From positions 1 through 59,532 of the forward strand of contig MCFH01000102.1 of NCBI GenBank assembly GCA_002104945.1: a DNA stretch of 59,532 nucleotides. Reading direction: 5' to 3'. The DNA comes from Piromyces finnis finn (lineage: Eukaryota; Fungi; Neocallimastigomycota). A program made the translations under genes and the position numbers. Below are positions 38,906 through 51,055 of this stretch, one piece after another. The notes beneath the pieces were generated by a model. That model had not been told where the DNA came from. It did not search any database and worked only from the letters and a program-made list of their open reading frames with translations. Numbering within the stretch: the stretch's first letter is position 1; each line of letters opens with the position of its first letter.

Positions 38906-39130
38906 TTATTCATATAGAGTTGTGTGAATACCAATGGAATCTAAATAGGAATTCGTAATATTAAAACTATTTGAAATAGTTAAAGATTTTGTTGTGGAAT
39001 TACAACATGTTTCGGATATACTTATTGAATGAGAAGTATTACAATATTTAATTTCCATAATATCTGTATTATTTCGAAACATGTCTTTTAATATTGCATT
39101 GATCATGCATCCTTTTCCATTTCACCTTAT
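38906..39130 (-). pseudogene. D5-like SF3 helicase core fragment
   Basis: *NGKGCMINAILKDMF (decayed GxNGKS Walker A; TGA at 39122-39124 in place of GGA), SISET (Walker-B-like) and TKSLT (cf. KxLTG). Confidence 0.4.
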
Positions 39131-39878
39131 GAATTATTTATTAAGATATGATGAACTATTATTACATTTCTTATATGATTCTTATGATTTAATATTTTAT
39201 ACCTTATATTATTTCAGATCATTATTGAAAAATATCTTATTATATATTATATTTCTATTTACTTATTATTACTATTTATGAATATGTTATATTTATAATT
39301 AATTTTCAATTATATTAAAACTAGAGTTTTATGAAAATAAAAATAAGCATGTTTTTTATTTTTAATTTGAAACGTTATCATATTAAAAAAAGGGATAATA
39401 TAATAAAAAAAAAGTATAAACACTATAATATAACAATTCTATATTTTTTTTATTTATTTGCTATTTTTTATTTGAAAATAATATTTAATTTTTTATTTAT
39501 ATTTTTATAAATTACATATATTATTATTATTATTATTTATTTATGAAAATTTTGTTATTTTTATTAATAAATTACATTATTATTATTATTATGTTAAAGT
39601 CATATTAATAATAAAATTTTTTTACATTGTTTTTTAACTTTTTTTATAATTTTTTTCTTAGTAATAGTTTGTTTTCATAACAGTAGATTGTTTATTTTAA
39701 TTTATTCTTCTTATGCTTTGCTATGTTTTTATTTATTTAATTTAAAATAATATATATATATATATTCTTTTTATTTTATTTACTTATTATGCTGTTATTT
39801 ATTTTTATAAGAAAAGTTTTTGTTTTATTCTAATAACCTTTTTGAATATTGCTTTTCTTATATGATTGAATTTTCTTT

Positions 39879-42800
39879 TTATTTTTTTATTTGAAGTTTC
39901 ATCATTTTTACTTTTGTATATTTTATTTTGTCATCATTATCATTTATATTTTTTATGTGATTTTTAATATCATTATTTATAATGTTATCGTATTCAATAT
40001 TTTTATCATTATAAATATTATTTCTATTACTGTCATTGAATGTCAAATAATTATTGAAAATTATTGAATTGTTTTTTATATCATTAATTGTTAAATCTGC
40101 AAAATTTTCATTACTTATAACGCTGATAAAAGAATTAACAATACTTTCAATTAAATTATTATCATATATTAATTCATTATATTCAAAGAAAATTTCATAA
40201 CTATTTTTCTTTTCAGTAATAACAAAGATTAAATCAACTAATGAAGAAATTTCGTTTTTAATTTCTCTTATTTCTTCTCCATCAATTGTATTTGACCTAA
40301 TTAAGTTTAATATACCTATTTCATCTGTGTTCATCATTTTGTAAGGATCAAATTTAAACATAGAATTACAATTTGGGATATTTAATCCTTCTTTTACTTT
40401 AAAAAGTGGAATATCATAACTAAAAACTGTATAAATAATTTCCATATAATTTTTAATAAGATTAATTATATTTTGATCTTCAAAATGAATTAAAATTGGA
40501 ATATATTTTGCAAACATTCCAATTATTTTATCAGTAAAACTATTTTCTCTATTTGAATATATAATATTAGTATAAATGCTATTTTGGCCTGAATATAAAG
40601 ATATTACTAAACTATAAGCTATTAAAAAGAACACAGTCTTTGATAAACTGTTTTCCTTGGTGATTTTATTTACATTATTATATGTTTCAATATTTGTATT
40701 AATAATTATTCTTTTTAATTTTATTTTATTTTCAACAGTAGTTCTTTTGATTGATTTGACTGGTAAATTTATATTTTGAATTTCTTTATCAAATATTGAT
40801 TTATAATAATTTAATTCCTTTGAAAAATTATTACTTTTGATTAGTTTATCATAATAAATAGCAAAATCTGTATATTGAATAGGAAGATCGGTTAATTTTT
40901 GATCATTATAAACTTTTGTCAACTCATTTATCAATATACCATATGAATATCCATCTGCTATTCTATGATCAATGTCTATCATTAATACTGAATTTTCAAT
41001 TAATCCAACTCTAATTAAAAGGCCATCATTATAGTTAAATGGTTTTAAAAAGGTATTAAAATTTTCTTTACTGTAATATTCAAAATTTAATTTAACATTA
41101 TTATTAATTTTTCCAATTATAATTGTTTTACCTTCTTTTGTTTTCTTTATAAAATTTGTTTTCAACACTTTGTGTCGATTAATAATAACGTTAAATGATT
41201 GCTCTAGCTTTTTTAAGTTAATATTATTTAGTTTAATCTCAAATAATTGCCACATATGACTTGAATAATACTTTTGGTCTATAAATTTCACTTCTTCATC
41301 AATTAAATCTACCCCAAGGAAGCTTACTATAGACGTTATTGGATATTCGTCTATTTCTTCAATTTTTATATCTTCCTTAATTGAAGATTTTTGATCATTG
41401 GCAATTTTATTTTTAATTAAATTCACTATATCTTTTATTTTATTATTTTTTATTATATCATTTATTGATATATTAATTTTAAATGCTTCTTTTATTTCAG
41501 ATATTACTCTAATAGTATTCAAACTATCTCCACCCAAAGAATAGAAATCATGAGAAATACCAACTTCATCTTCATTTAATTGGAATATTTTTGCATAAAT
41601 ACTACATATCTTCTTCTCAACTAATGTTTCCGGCGCTTGATATTCTTCTTTAAGCAACTCATCTAAATTAGGTTCCGGTAATTCCTTTTTGTTTAATTTT
41701 CCGTTTACAGTTACTGGTATTTCTTTTATTCTTATATAGAATGATGGCACCATATATAATGGTAATTTCATTTTAAGATATGTTTTAATTTCATTACTCA
41801 AATCTTCCTCACCATTACTCATATAATATGCTATCAAATATTTTTCACCATTTTGCTTTTCTTTAACAATAACAACTACATATTCTATTGCCTTAATTTC
41901 TTTTATAACATTCTCAATTTCTTGGATTTTTAAACGTTGGCCGCGAATTTTAATTTGATTATCATTTCTACCTAGGCAAATTACTTCTCCTTCTTTATTC
42001 CATTTTCCAAGGTCTCCAGTTTTAAACATTTTCTTTGATTTTACTCTTCCTTCCTTACTTTTAAATGGACATTCAATGTATTTTTCTTCTGTTAATTCCT
42101 TTTGATTCAGATATCCTTTTCCAACACCTTTACCTGAAATATAGATTTCACCTTTCACGCCAATTGGAACTACTTTCATGTATTTGTCTAATATATAAAT
42201 TTCAAAATTGCACAGAGGTTTTCCAACTGTAATTATCTTATTATTAATTCCATTTCTATTTTGGAATGTATCTAATAATTTAACATTCGAAACAACTGAT
42301 GTTTCTGATGGTCCATATACACTGTAAACATTTGAATTACTTATTTTTTGAATATCCATCACGGTTTTATAATCTACCTTTTCTCCTCCTAATAATATAT
42401 GTTTAACATTTCTTATAGATTTTGCAAAATTTTCTTGATACAAATAATTATTAAATCTTGATGGTACAGTGAAAATATAATTTATATTATACTTAACTAT
42501 TAAATTGCCTATTAAATAGGGATCATTATATTCTTTATCATTACATAAAATAATTTTACATGCTTTTAATAATGGATAATTTATTTCTCCTATAGAAATA
42601 TCATGTGTAAATTTACAAATGGCTAGAACACTATTCATGTCATTTCCATAATATTCATTCTTTCCACATGTACTTTGACTATATAAACAATAATTTATAA
42701 GATTATCATGACTAATAATAACTCACTTAGGTTTACCTGTAGTTCCCGAGGTAAAAAGAATATAACAAGTATCGCTACTTTCGTTAATATTTGAAATTTC

Positions 42801-45800
42801 TTGAGTATTCATATCATAATCATGAAGTGATAATGAATATTCACGAACTTCATCAGTTTGTATTTTCTTTTTATTATCTATATCAGTGACACACACGTTA
42901 AAATTATCTTAGCATCAACTTCGTTTACCATATATTTAATACGACTGATCGGAAATTCTGGATCAACTGGAAGATAAGCAGCACCACTTTTCATTACACC
43001 AAGAATTGCTATTACAAAATAATACGATCTTTCAGAAATAATTGGAACTATATCACCCCTTCCGATTCCTGCATTTCGGAGGAAATGTGCTAATGAATTG
43101 GATTTTTCGTCTAATTCACGATAACTTATCTTTTTATCATTACATACTATCGCAATCGCATCTGGATTTTGTTGTGCAACTCTACTAAATTCAGTGTGAT
43201 ACAATTTATCACTTTCATATTCATATTGATTACTGTTAAATGCTCTTAATATTTTTTCTTTTTCTTCTGAAGGAATGTACTCCAGTTCAGTAATGTTGAC
43301 TTTTTCATAGTCTTCAAGACTTTTTATAACTTCAATATAGCTGTCAATCATTTTCTTCATCATGCTAGAATCAAGTATACTTTCATTATAATTAACGGAA
43401 ATTAAATAATTTTCTTGATTTTCAACTACATTAAAAGTAATATCAAATTTGTACGAATTTTCTTGAACAACTATTCCATTTGTGTTTGATTCTGTATTTG
43501 AATTTTCATATATTGTATATATTTCATTTATATTTTCTTTTTTAAATATTGTGTTATTATTTCCATTTTCGAAAATAATACGAGATTGGAATACAAAGGC
43601 ATTATTCAAATTCTTAAGCTTAAGTTCTCTTTTCAATTCGGAAAATGATACATCTTGCTTATCATAAATATCCATAAGAAGATTCGTATTCTCCTTAATC
43701 AAATTCAAAAATGTTTCATCTGCATTTTCATAATTTAGTAATATTGGTTGAGTACTAACAAACATACCAATCAACTTTTCAGTATAATAATTATTGCGAT
43801 TGTTACTTATAAGTGAACTATATATGCTATCTTGATTGCAGTATTTTGACAAAATAAATCCGTAGAGCGTAATGAAAAAGGCTGTTTTACTAATACCGTG
43901 AAGGCGTACATAATCATTAATCTTTTGGTTTGTTTCTTTATCAAGATCTTTCATAATAATTCCATTATTACCATCAATCTTTTCACTTTTCTTATCATCC
44001 TCGTTATTTCCTGTTTTACCGTCAAAAGAATCGTAGTTAGCTACAACTTCTTTCTTTGGAAGAAGTTGTAGCTAACTGTTACCACCAAATTCATAAAAAT
44101 CCGAAAACTTATCAATATATTTTTCATTAGTATTAGTAACTTCACTAAAAAATTTAATTAACAACTTTTCTAAACTGGTTAAAGGAATATATGTTGCTTT
44201 ATTATAATTGCTACCAATATTAGGCTTTGGTAACTTACTTCTATCTAATTTTCCATTAAGATTTAAAGGTATATTTTGAATTCTAATATAAAATACTGGA
44301 ACCATATAAAGTGGTAATATATCAATCAAATATTCTTTAATATATTCTTCATTAATATCATTATTTTTAGTTCTAAAATAGCATATTAAAATATTATTCC
44401 CTTCATGGTTAAGACTATTCACGCATGTAAAACTAATATCCTTTATTGTATTAATGGCTGATTCAATTTCATTGATTTCTATCCTCTGTCCTCTGATTTT
44501 TATTTGTAAATCTTCTCTACCATAATATTTAATATTACCATCATTATTCCACTCACCAACATCACCTGTATTATACATTATATTATTATCAATAGAATGA
44601 TAAAGTGGGCACTTAATAAATTTTTTTCTGGTCATTTCTTCATTATTAAAATATCCTTGACTTATACAATTACCAGAAATAAAAATTGTACCTCTTTTTC
44701 CAATTGGTAACGGATTAAGATTATCGTCTAAAATGTAAACTTTACAGTTACAATTAGGTTTTCCAACGAAACTATAAGATTCATTAATTATATTAATATC
44801 TGTTATTTTGTAAAAACAAATCATTGATGTTGTTTCTGTTGCTCCATATCCACAATACAATTCAGCATTAGTAACTCTTGATATATCTTTTAAAAAATCT
44901 AATGTTACTATTTCACCACCAAATCCAAAATACTTAATATTCATTAAAGATTTCTTGAATATATTATTTTCCATATAATTTTTAATTCTTGTTGGTGTAC
45001 CAACCATAAAATCAATTTTATATTTTGTAATTAAATTTCCTAGAGCTTCAGAATTATTATATTCTATATCATTACATAAAACAATTTTCTTATTATGTAA
45101 TAGCGGATAAAATAATTCAGCTATAGACATAATATAATTAAATTTTGTATATGCAATAACATTGTTATAATTAATAAAGTAATCTTTAACTCCATTATAT
45201 GTTTGGGCATATAAGCAAAAATGAATTAAATTAATATGGCTAATTACAACTCCTTTAGGTAACCCAGAAGAACCAGAAGTATATGTTAAAAAACAATAAT
45301 CTTTACTCTCATTAATATTTGAAATTTCTTCGGTATTATTATTATAATTATGTTCTTCTATATTAACAATTTCCATGTGTTTATTACTTTTTTTAAATAA
45401 AATTCTATTTTCAAAATTAAATTTGTCTACTAAAATAATAGATGCCTTTACTTCATCTATAATAAACTGTTTTCTACTATTCGGATATTCTGTTTCTATA
45501 TATACAAATGCACCACCAGCTTTCATAACAGAAACTGCAGCAATTATAAAATAGAATGATCGACCACACATAATTGGAATAATACTATTTCTTTTAACAC
45601 CAATACTTCTTAAATAATTTGCTAAGGAATTACACATCTTATTTAATTCTGAGTAGGTTATATCTTTGTTATCATAAACAATAGCTTTATGATTTGGAAA
45701 CATATTTACAACTCTTTTAAATTCCTCGTGATATAATTTATTAAGATTATATTCGCATTTATTAGAGTTAAATTTACGAATTATTTCAAGTGGATCATCT

Positions 45801-45871
45801 TCAAAATTATTTCTAATTTCATGATGAGAATTCCCAATTATTGAAAATTGGTTAAAATCTTTATTACTCAT
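39879..45871 (-). pseudogene. Non-ribosomal peptide synthetase pseudogene: A1-T1(truncated)/[deletion]/C(half)-A2-T2-C(terminal)
   Basis: A-domain motifs YTSGSSGLPKG, FTSGTTGKPK*, YGPSET, KTGDLG and QIKIRGQR; T motifs FGGNS and LGGDSL; C motif DHRIADG. Lesions: TAG at 44072-44074, frameshift at (AC)4 42889-42896, TGA at 42723-42725. Confidence 0.93.
44035..44077. repeat. Perfect 18-bp inverted repeat with 7-nt loop at the NRPS junction
   Basis: agttagctacaacttctt (44035-44052) / tctttgg / aagaagttgtagctaact (44060-44077). Confidence 0.97.
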
Positions 45872-45901
45872 ATTGTTATAATTACTTTTACTTCCAATAT
45901 T

Positions 45902-45903
45902 TT

Positions 45904-45946
<43 letters not shown>

Positions 45947-45977
45947 GGCATCAAATATTTTAAACTTTATTATTAAT
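45902..45977. repeat. Short dispersed repeat (polyT-AA(C/T)GGCATCAAATATTTT...), second copy at 32371..32414
   Basis: About 45-bp core near-identical at the two loci. Confidence 0.75.
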
Positions 45978-46181
45978 TTAATTAAAATTATAATACATGT
46001 AATAAAATATTTTTATTCTTTTATCTTTTTACTTTTTTATTAATGTATATAGCTATATATATTTATAAATATATATATAATTTTAATTTTAATTATATAC
46101 TTTATAAAATAATAAGTATTTATTACTTCAAAGTATCAATATAATTATATTAAATAATAATATTAGAATGTTAGAATTTTT

Positions 46182-47423
46182 TTGCAAAGTTTTTGCTTTT
46201 ATAAATATTTTGAAAAAAAAATATTTATAAAAAAAATGTACAATCCTAAAAAGAAAGTATTAACTACCACAGAAGAAATGAATCAAAAATTTGATCAAGA
46301 ACTCCAAGAAGGAGACGAGGATATTCTTTATGAATATAAACGGGTTATGAATGATGCAGAAACAAATAAACTTCCAATTAAGATTGTGAAATTAGCTAAG
46401 GAATATGATGAAATTGAATTTGATTCAAAACAAGAAATAGTAGATGCTATGAATCGTAAAAATCCAAAATATGGTGAATTCCATATGTCTGATATGGGTA
46501 GTCGTCGCATTGTTATTACACCATTTCAAAATATTTCACTAGGTATTGATCAATGTGAATGTTTTGGTATTCTTGGTCCAAATGGCTCTGGTAAATCAAG
46601 TTTATTGAATACTACATCTTTTACTTTTCCACAAACTCTTGGTAAAATTTATTACAATGGCAAAGATACAACTGAACGAAATGGTAATGAAATTACATTA
46701 GGCTACTGTCCTCAAGAAGATACCCTATGGAATGAATTTACTTTATTTGAACATATTGAAATGTTTTTGTATCTTCGTGGTTACACAAAAAAAGAAGCAA
46801 AAAAAATTACAAATGAATTTATTAACTATTGTCATTTAACAGAACATAAAAATAAAATGCCATATGAATTGAGTGGAGGCACTCGTCGTAAATTAAATAT
46901 ACTTATCGCCCTTTGTTGCTCTTCCTCTAAAATTATTATGGATGAACCTTCTGCTGGTATGGATCCTTCTACCCGTCGTTACGTTTGGGATATTATTAAA
47001 GCTACATTACAAAATAATAAATCTTCAACAATTATGTCTACTCACTCTATGGAAGAAGCTGAATTATTATGTAATCGTATTGCAATTATGGTTAAGGGAA
47101 GATTAAGATGCATTGGTACACCAGAACACTTAAAAATAAAATATGGTAATACTTATATTTTGGATGTTCATACAAAAGATATTAATGTATTCCATGAAGA
47201 AATAGTAATTGGTAAACAATTATTTGGTAATAGTGAATATGAACGTGAAGATAAATCACTTCAAAGAGTTAAATATGAAGTTAAAAATACAAATAGTATT
47301 AGTAAGGTCTTTGAAATTATGGAATCATGTAAAGAAGAAGGACTTTTCTATGACTATAGTTATAGTCAAACTTCTCTTGAACAAGTATTCCTTAACTTTG
47401 CTCTTAAAGGCACCCAATATTAA
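46182..47423 (+). CDS. ABCA-subfamily ABC transporter, C-terminal NBD/regulatory part only (5' part absent)
   Basis: Walker A GPNGSGKSS, signature LSGGTRRKL, DEPSAGMDP, STHSMEEAE and the ABCA-type tail YSYSQTSLEQVFLNFA. No TM domains in the ORF. Confidence 0.88.
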   Translation: MQSFCFYKYFEKKIFIKKMYNPKKKVLTTTEEMNQKFDQELQEGDEDILYEYKRVMNDAETNKLPIKIVKLAKEYDEIEFDSKQEIVDAMNRKNPKYGEFHMSDMGSRRIVITPFQNISLGIDQCECFGILGPNGSGKSSLLNTTSFTFPQTLGKIYYNGKDTTERNGNEITLGYCPQEDTLWNEFTLFEHIEMFLYLRGYTKKEAKKITNEFINYCHLTEHKNKMPYELSGGTRRKLNILIALCCSSSKIIMDEPSAGMDPSTRRYVWDIIKATLQNNKSSTIMSTHSMEEAELLCNRIAIMVKGRLRCIGTPEHLKIKYGNTYILDVHTKDINVFHEEIVIGKQLFGNSEYEREDKSLQRVKYEVKNTNSISKVFEIMESCKEEGLFYDYSYSQTSLEQVFLNFALKGTQY

Positions 47424-47526
47424 TAATACTAAATGATTATTATATAATATCTAACTATTTACAGTATATAACATAGATAAAAAATTTTAAAACTCTACTT
47501 TTATTAGTAATTAAAAACTGAATTAT

Positions 47527-47528
47527 AA

Positions 47529-47570
<42 letters not shown>
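47527..47570. repeat. (AAT)n microsatellite
   Basis: Directly visible. Confidence 0.95.
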
Positions 47571-47571
<1 letters not shown>

Positions 47572-50197
47572 TAATATCAAATTTATGAAGGGCTTAACCC
47601 TAAATATTTATTGATATATAATATAATATAATATAATATTAAAAAATACATATATTTAAAAAAATGAAAAAGGTAACTTTATTAATATATACCTACAATA
47701 TAAGAATAATAATAATTAATTAATACAAAATAAAGTATAATAATAATTAATTCGTTAATAAAAAGTAAAATAAAATATAATAAAATAAATTTAAAAACCT
47801 ATAATTTAAATAATTTGCTATTTACATTATTTTTATTATTAAAATACAATGAAAAAGCTAAATTGTTAAAATTTAAATTTTAAACCTTTTAATAAAATAA
47901 AATAAACAACAACACATAAAATGAGTCATATATTACTATTTATGCTTTAGAAAATGATAATTAGTGAATTGATCTTTAACTATTTAAATGCCTTTCCTTT
48001 TATATCCATAATAAATATTATAATTATCTAATCCAAATTTTATATTATCTTATTTAAAGATATTTAGATAGTTCTATAATAATAACAATAATAATAATTT
48101 AAATAAGATATATATTGTAAATTTTAATTAATTTCTATAAAAAAAAAGCCTTTCATTTCTTTTTTTTTTTTTTTTATTATTTATTATTATTATTAATTTA
48201 TAATTGTGAAATAAATTTAATTAATAAATAATTTTATTAATAAGGTTAACAAAGAGAAAAAGTTACATTGTAAATATTACAGTTATATAATGAGATATGA
48301 TATAAAAATAATATGTGACTTGAACATATTATTATATTAGTAATTTTTCCTAATATTAAATTTATATAGATTTATTATAATATTAATTATTTCTACAATG
48401 TATAAGAATATAATGTAAATGTACGACAAATGTAATATCATGTAATGTAAAAGAGTATTGTAAATGAATGATCCATATAGTTCCAGCCTTATAATTGGAC
48501 AATTAATTATTAAGTAAGCGTCATTAGTATAAATAGACTAGAATAAATATTATTAAAAAGGGCTTCTTGTTTTAGTTAGAATTTTAATATTTGACAACGA
48601 CAGAACGTTTTAGTATTTAGACAGAATAGAAATATTGGAACGTTATAAATAAAATTATTAATAAAATATATATTAATTAAAGTTTAATTCTTTCTACATA
48701 AAATTAACCCGTATCAACTTGGTGGAGATATCGGGGATAGAAAGAATAGTGTTTTTCGATTTTTTTTTAAAAAAAAAAAAAAAAAAGTTTTATTGCTATT
48801 TTCTTCCTTTACTACTTAGAAGTAGAAAAGGATATAAAAAGTTATTATTCTTTTAATAATATAATATAATTAAGTAGTTTATACTAGACAGCTACAACGC
48901 TTGCGTATAAATTATTAAAGTTTAGTATATTTACTCCAGTTATTTATTGAGGTTATTTAAGAGTTGGTAACTACCATATCAGTTCTTAAATATTCTGTTA
49001 AGTTTTTGGGTTTGGTTATGCGGCCAGGTCAGAATGTTATTAATTATATAGTAAAAATGTTTTTTAAGAAATTAAATTTAATTATAAAATAACACCTTAA
49101 ACTCCCAAATGAAAAATGAAAAATTTATATTTACTTTAAAATAACTTTTTATAAATTTTTTATTTATTTAATAATAATATAAATGATATTATAAGTAACT
49201 ATATAATTAAGATTATAACTATAATCTTTACAAAGAATTAAAATCGAATTCAATTCATTCTCTTTTATATTCTTTGTTCAGATTATTAAATTGATATTAA
49301 TAAGAATAAAGTATTACATATAATATATTAGTAATATAATTAAATAAGTAATAAGATTGTTTGTTTGTTTGTTTGTTTGTTTGTCATGACATAAAATAAA
49401 ATAAACATATGATTAATCATTTAAACAGTTGATCCTAATTAGTAATTATAAAAACTATTCAATTAATAATTCATCATTATTAATTGATATTACCATAACA
49501 TATTTGTTATAACTAAATAATTATTATTTTCAAAATTATTTCTAATAAAACTTGCCGTTAACCTATTTTATAATAATTAAGATTATTTAATTTATAGGTA
49601 TTAACTGTTACACCTAAATGGGTCTAGTTCTATTTTTAGTAACAATCGTTATCATTAATTAAATTAATATAACTAAAATTCCTATTGATATATTTTTAAT
49701 TTCATCAAGTCATAAGAAATATTTATGATCCATACTTGATATCATATTGATTTTAATTTACCTAATAAAATCTTTAAATGATCATAACTTCCTTAAATGA
49801 TCAGTTAGAAGGACCGCGATTGTACCAAATTGTAGCTTTCTTCCTAAGCTTTCCAATAAACCTAGTTTCACAGCCTACTACTTACAGCCGTAGCGATCGT
49901 TTTTGGCGAGTTACACCTTATTTCGTACTTGCTTATTTTTGGTTAAGGGTTATAGTATATTGATATTAAATTTTTGAAATCATAACCCTTTCACTGAATC
50001 AAAATTTAAAAGGTGACTTTTAAAAGTGTTTTAAAATAATTATTGAAATTATTTAATTATAATTATTATGTTTAATTAATTATAGATATTATCTGAATTT
50101 GTTTTAAATCCAGTTAATATCTTCACATATTCATTAGGAGAGTAGAGCGCTTCCGGCAGCTATTAAAGAAATATTGTAATGAATACTAGAAATAACT

Positions 50198-51028
50198 TGT
50201 AATAATTATTATATATTTAATAATAATTATTATCTACAATATAATAATACAAATCGTAATATGTATTATTAAATTGAGAAGTTTCTTAATAGTAAATAAA
50301 AATGAATACTTATCTTAAAGAGTTTATTATAAGTGAATTATAATAACAAACACAAAATATTAAGACTATCTTTAATGTAAATATTTTTTATGAATATAGT
50401 TTTTGAAAGGGTTATTTATTATAATTGTCTTAAAATAATAACTCTGGATTCTTTAGTGGAATTCCAGAGTCCTTATATTTATAATTTTTTGATAATTTAA
50501 AGTTTAATAAAGAATTTCTAATCTTAACAAATAATCTTTTTAGGAAAAGACTAGAAGAAAAACCTAAAAAGATATTCGATTGATAACTAATATATCAATC
50601 ATCGTAATATTAAGTAAAACCGATTAAAATTCGGAAAAACCTTAATATCCGATTGTCCTAATATGTATTTATATTTTCTAATTGTTTCTATAAGTTATTT
50701 CAAGATACGATACATAAATATAAAATACAAACGTAAAATAAAATATATAATGTTTCTTATAAAATGTAATACAAAAATTATTAATTAAAAAATAAATGAA
50801 TGTTTACTATTATTTTAAATATATTACTAAATTAAATAAATAAATAATTAATATAGTAATTAAATAAATTTTAAATTAAGTAAATGAATAATTAATATCA
50901 ATATAGATAAATGTTTATAGTAATTTAAATGAATGTATGCTAATAGTTTAAATAAATAATTAATTTAATAATTAAAAAATAATTAAATAAGAATTAATTT
51001 ATACAAAAAATAATTATTAATTCTTACA
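50198..51028 (-). repeat. 3' LTR (831 bp)
   Basis: TGTAA...TTACA termini; no differences from 55483..56313 seen by eye. Confidence 0.95.
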
Positions 51029-51040
51029 TTGCTCCCTTTT
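51029..51040 (-). other. Polypurine tract
   Basis: AAAAGGGAGCAA immediately before the LTR TG; repeated at 56314-56325. Confidence 0.85.
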
Positions 51041-51055
51041 AAAAAAAAAACATTG

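Noticed and set aside
38906-39106. SIGIHTTLYE as the RPB1 LGIEAAR region
   Set aside because: The match is weak; the upstream NGKG and KSLT fit a D5-like helicase better.
44072-44074. Programmed UAG readthrough (UAG-CUA plus hairpin) in the NRPS
   Set aside because: The stop lies inside the stem, and the product would still lack half of T1 and the catalytic half of C. Two further lesions lie downstream. A rearrangement scar explains it better.
47595-47603. TAACCCTAA as a telomere seed or telomerase template
   Set aside because: A single 9-mer with no supporting structure.
49778-49963. 61-aa ORF in the GC-richer island
   Set aside because: No motif and no coding context; more likely non-coding.
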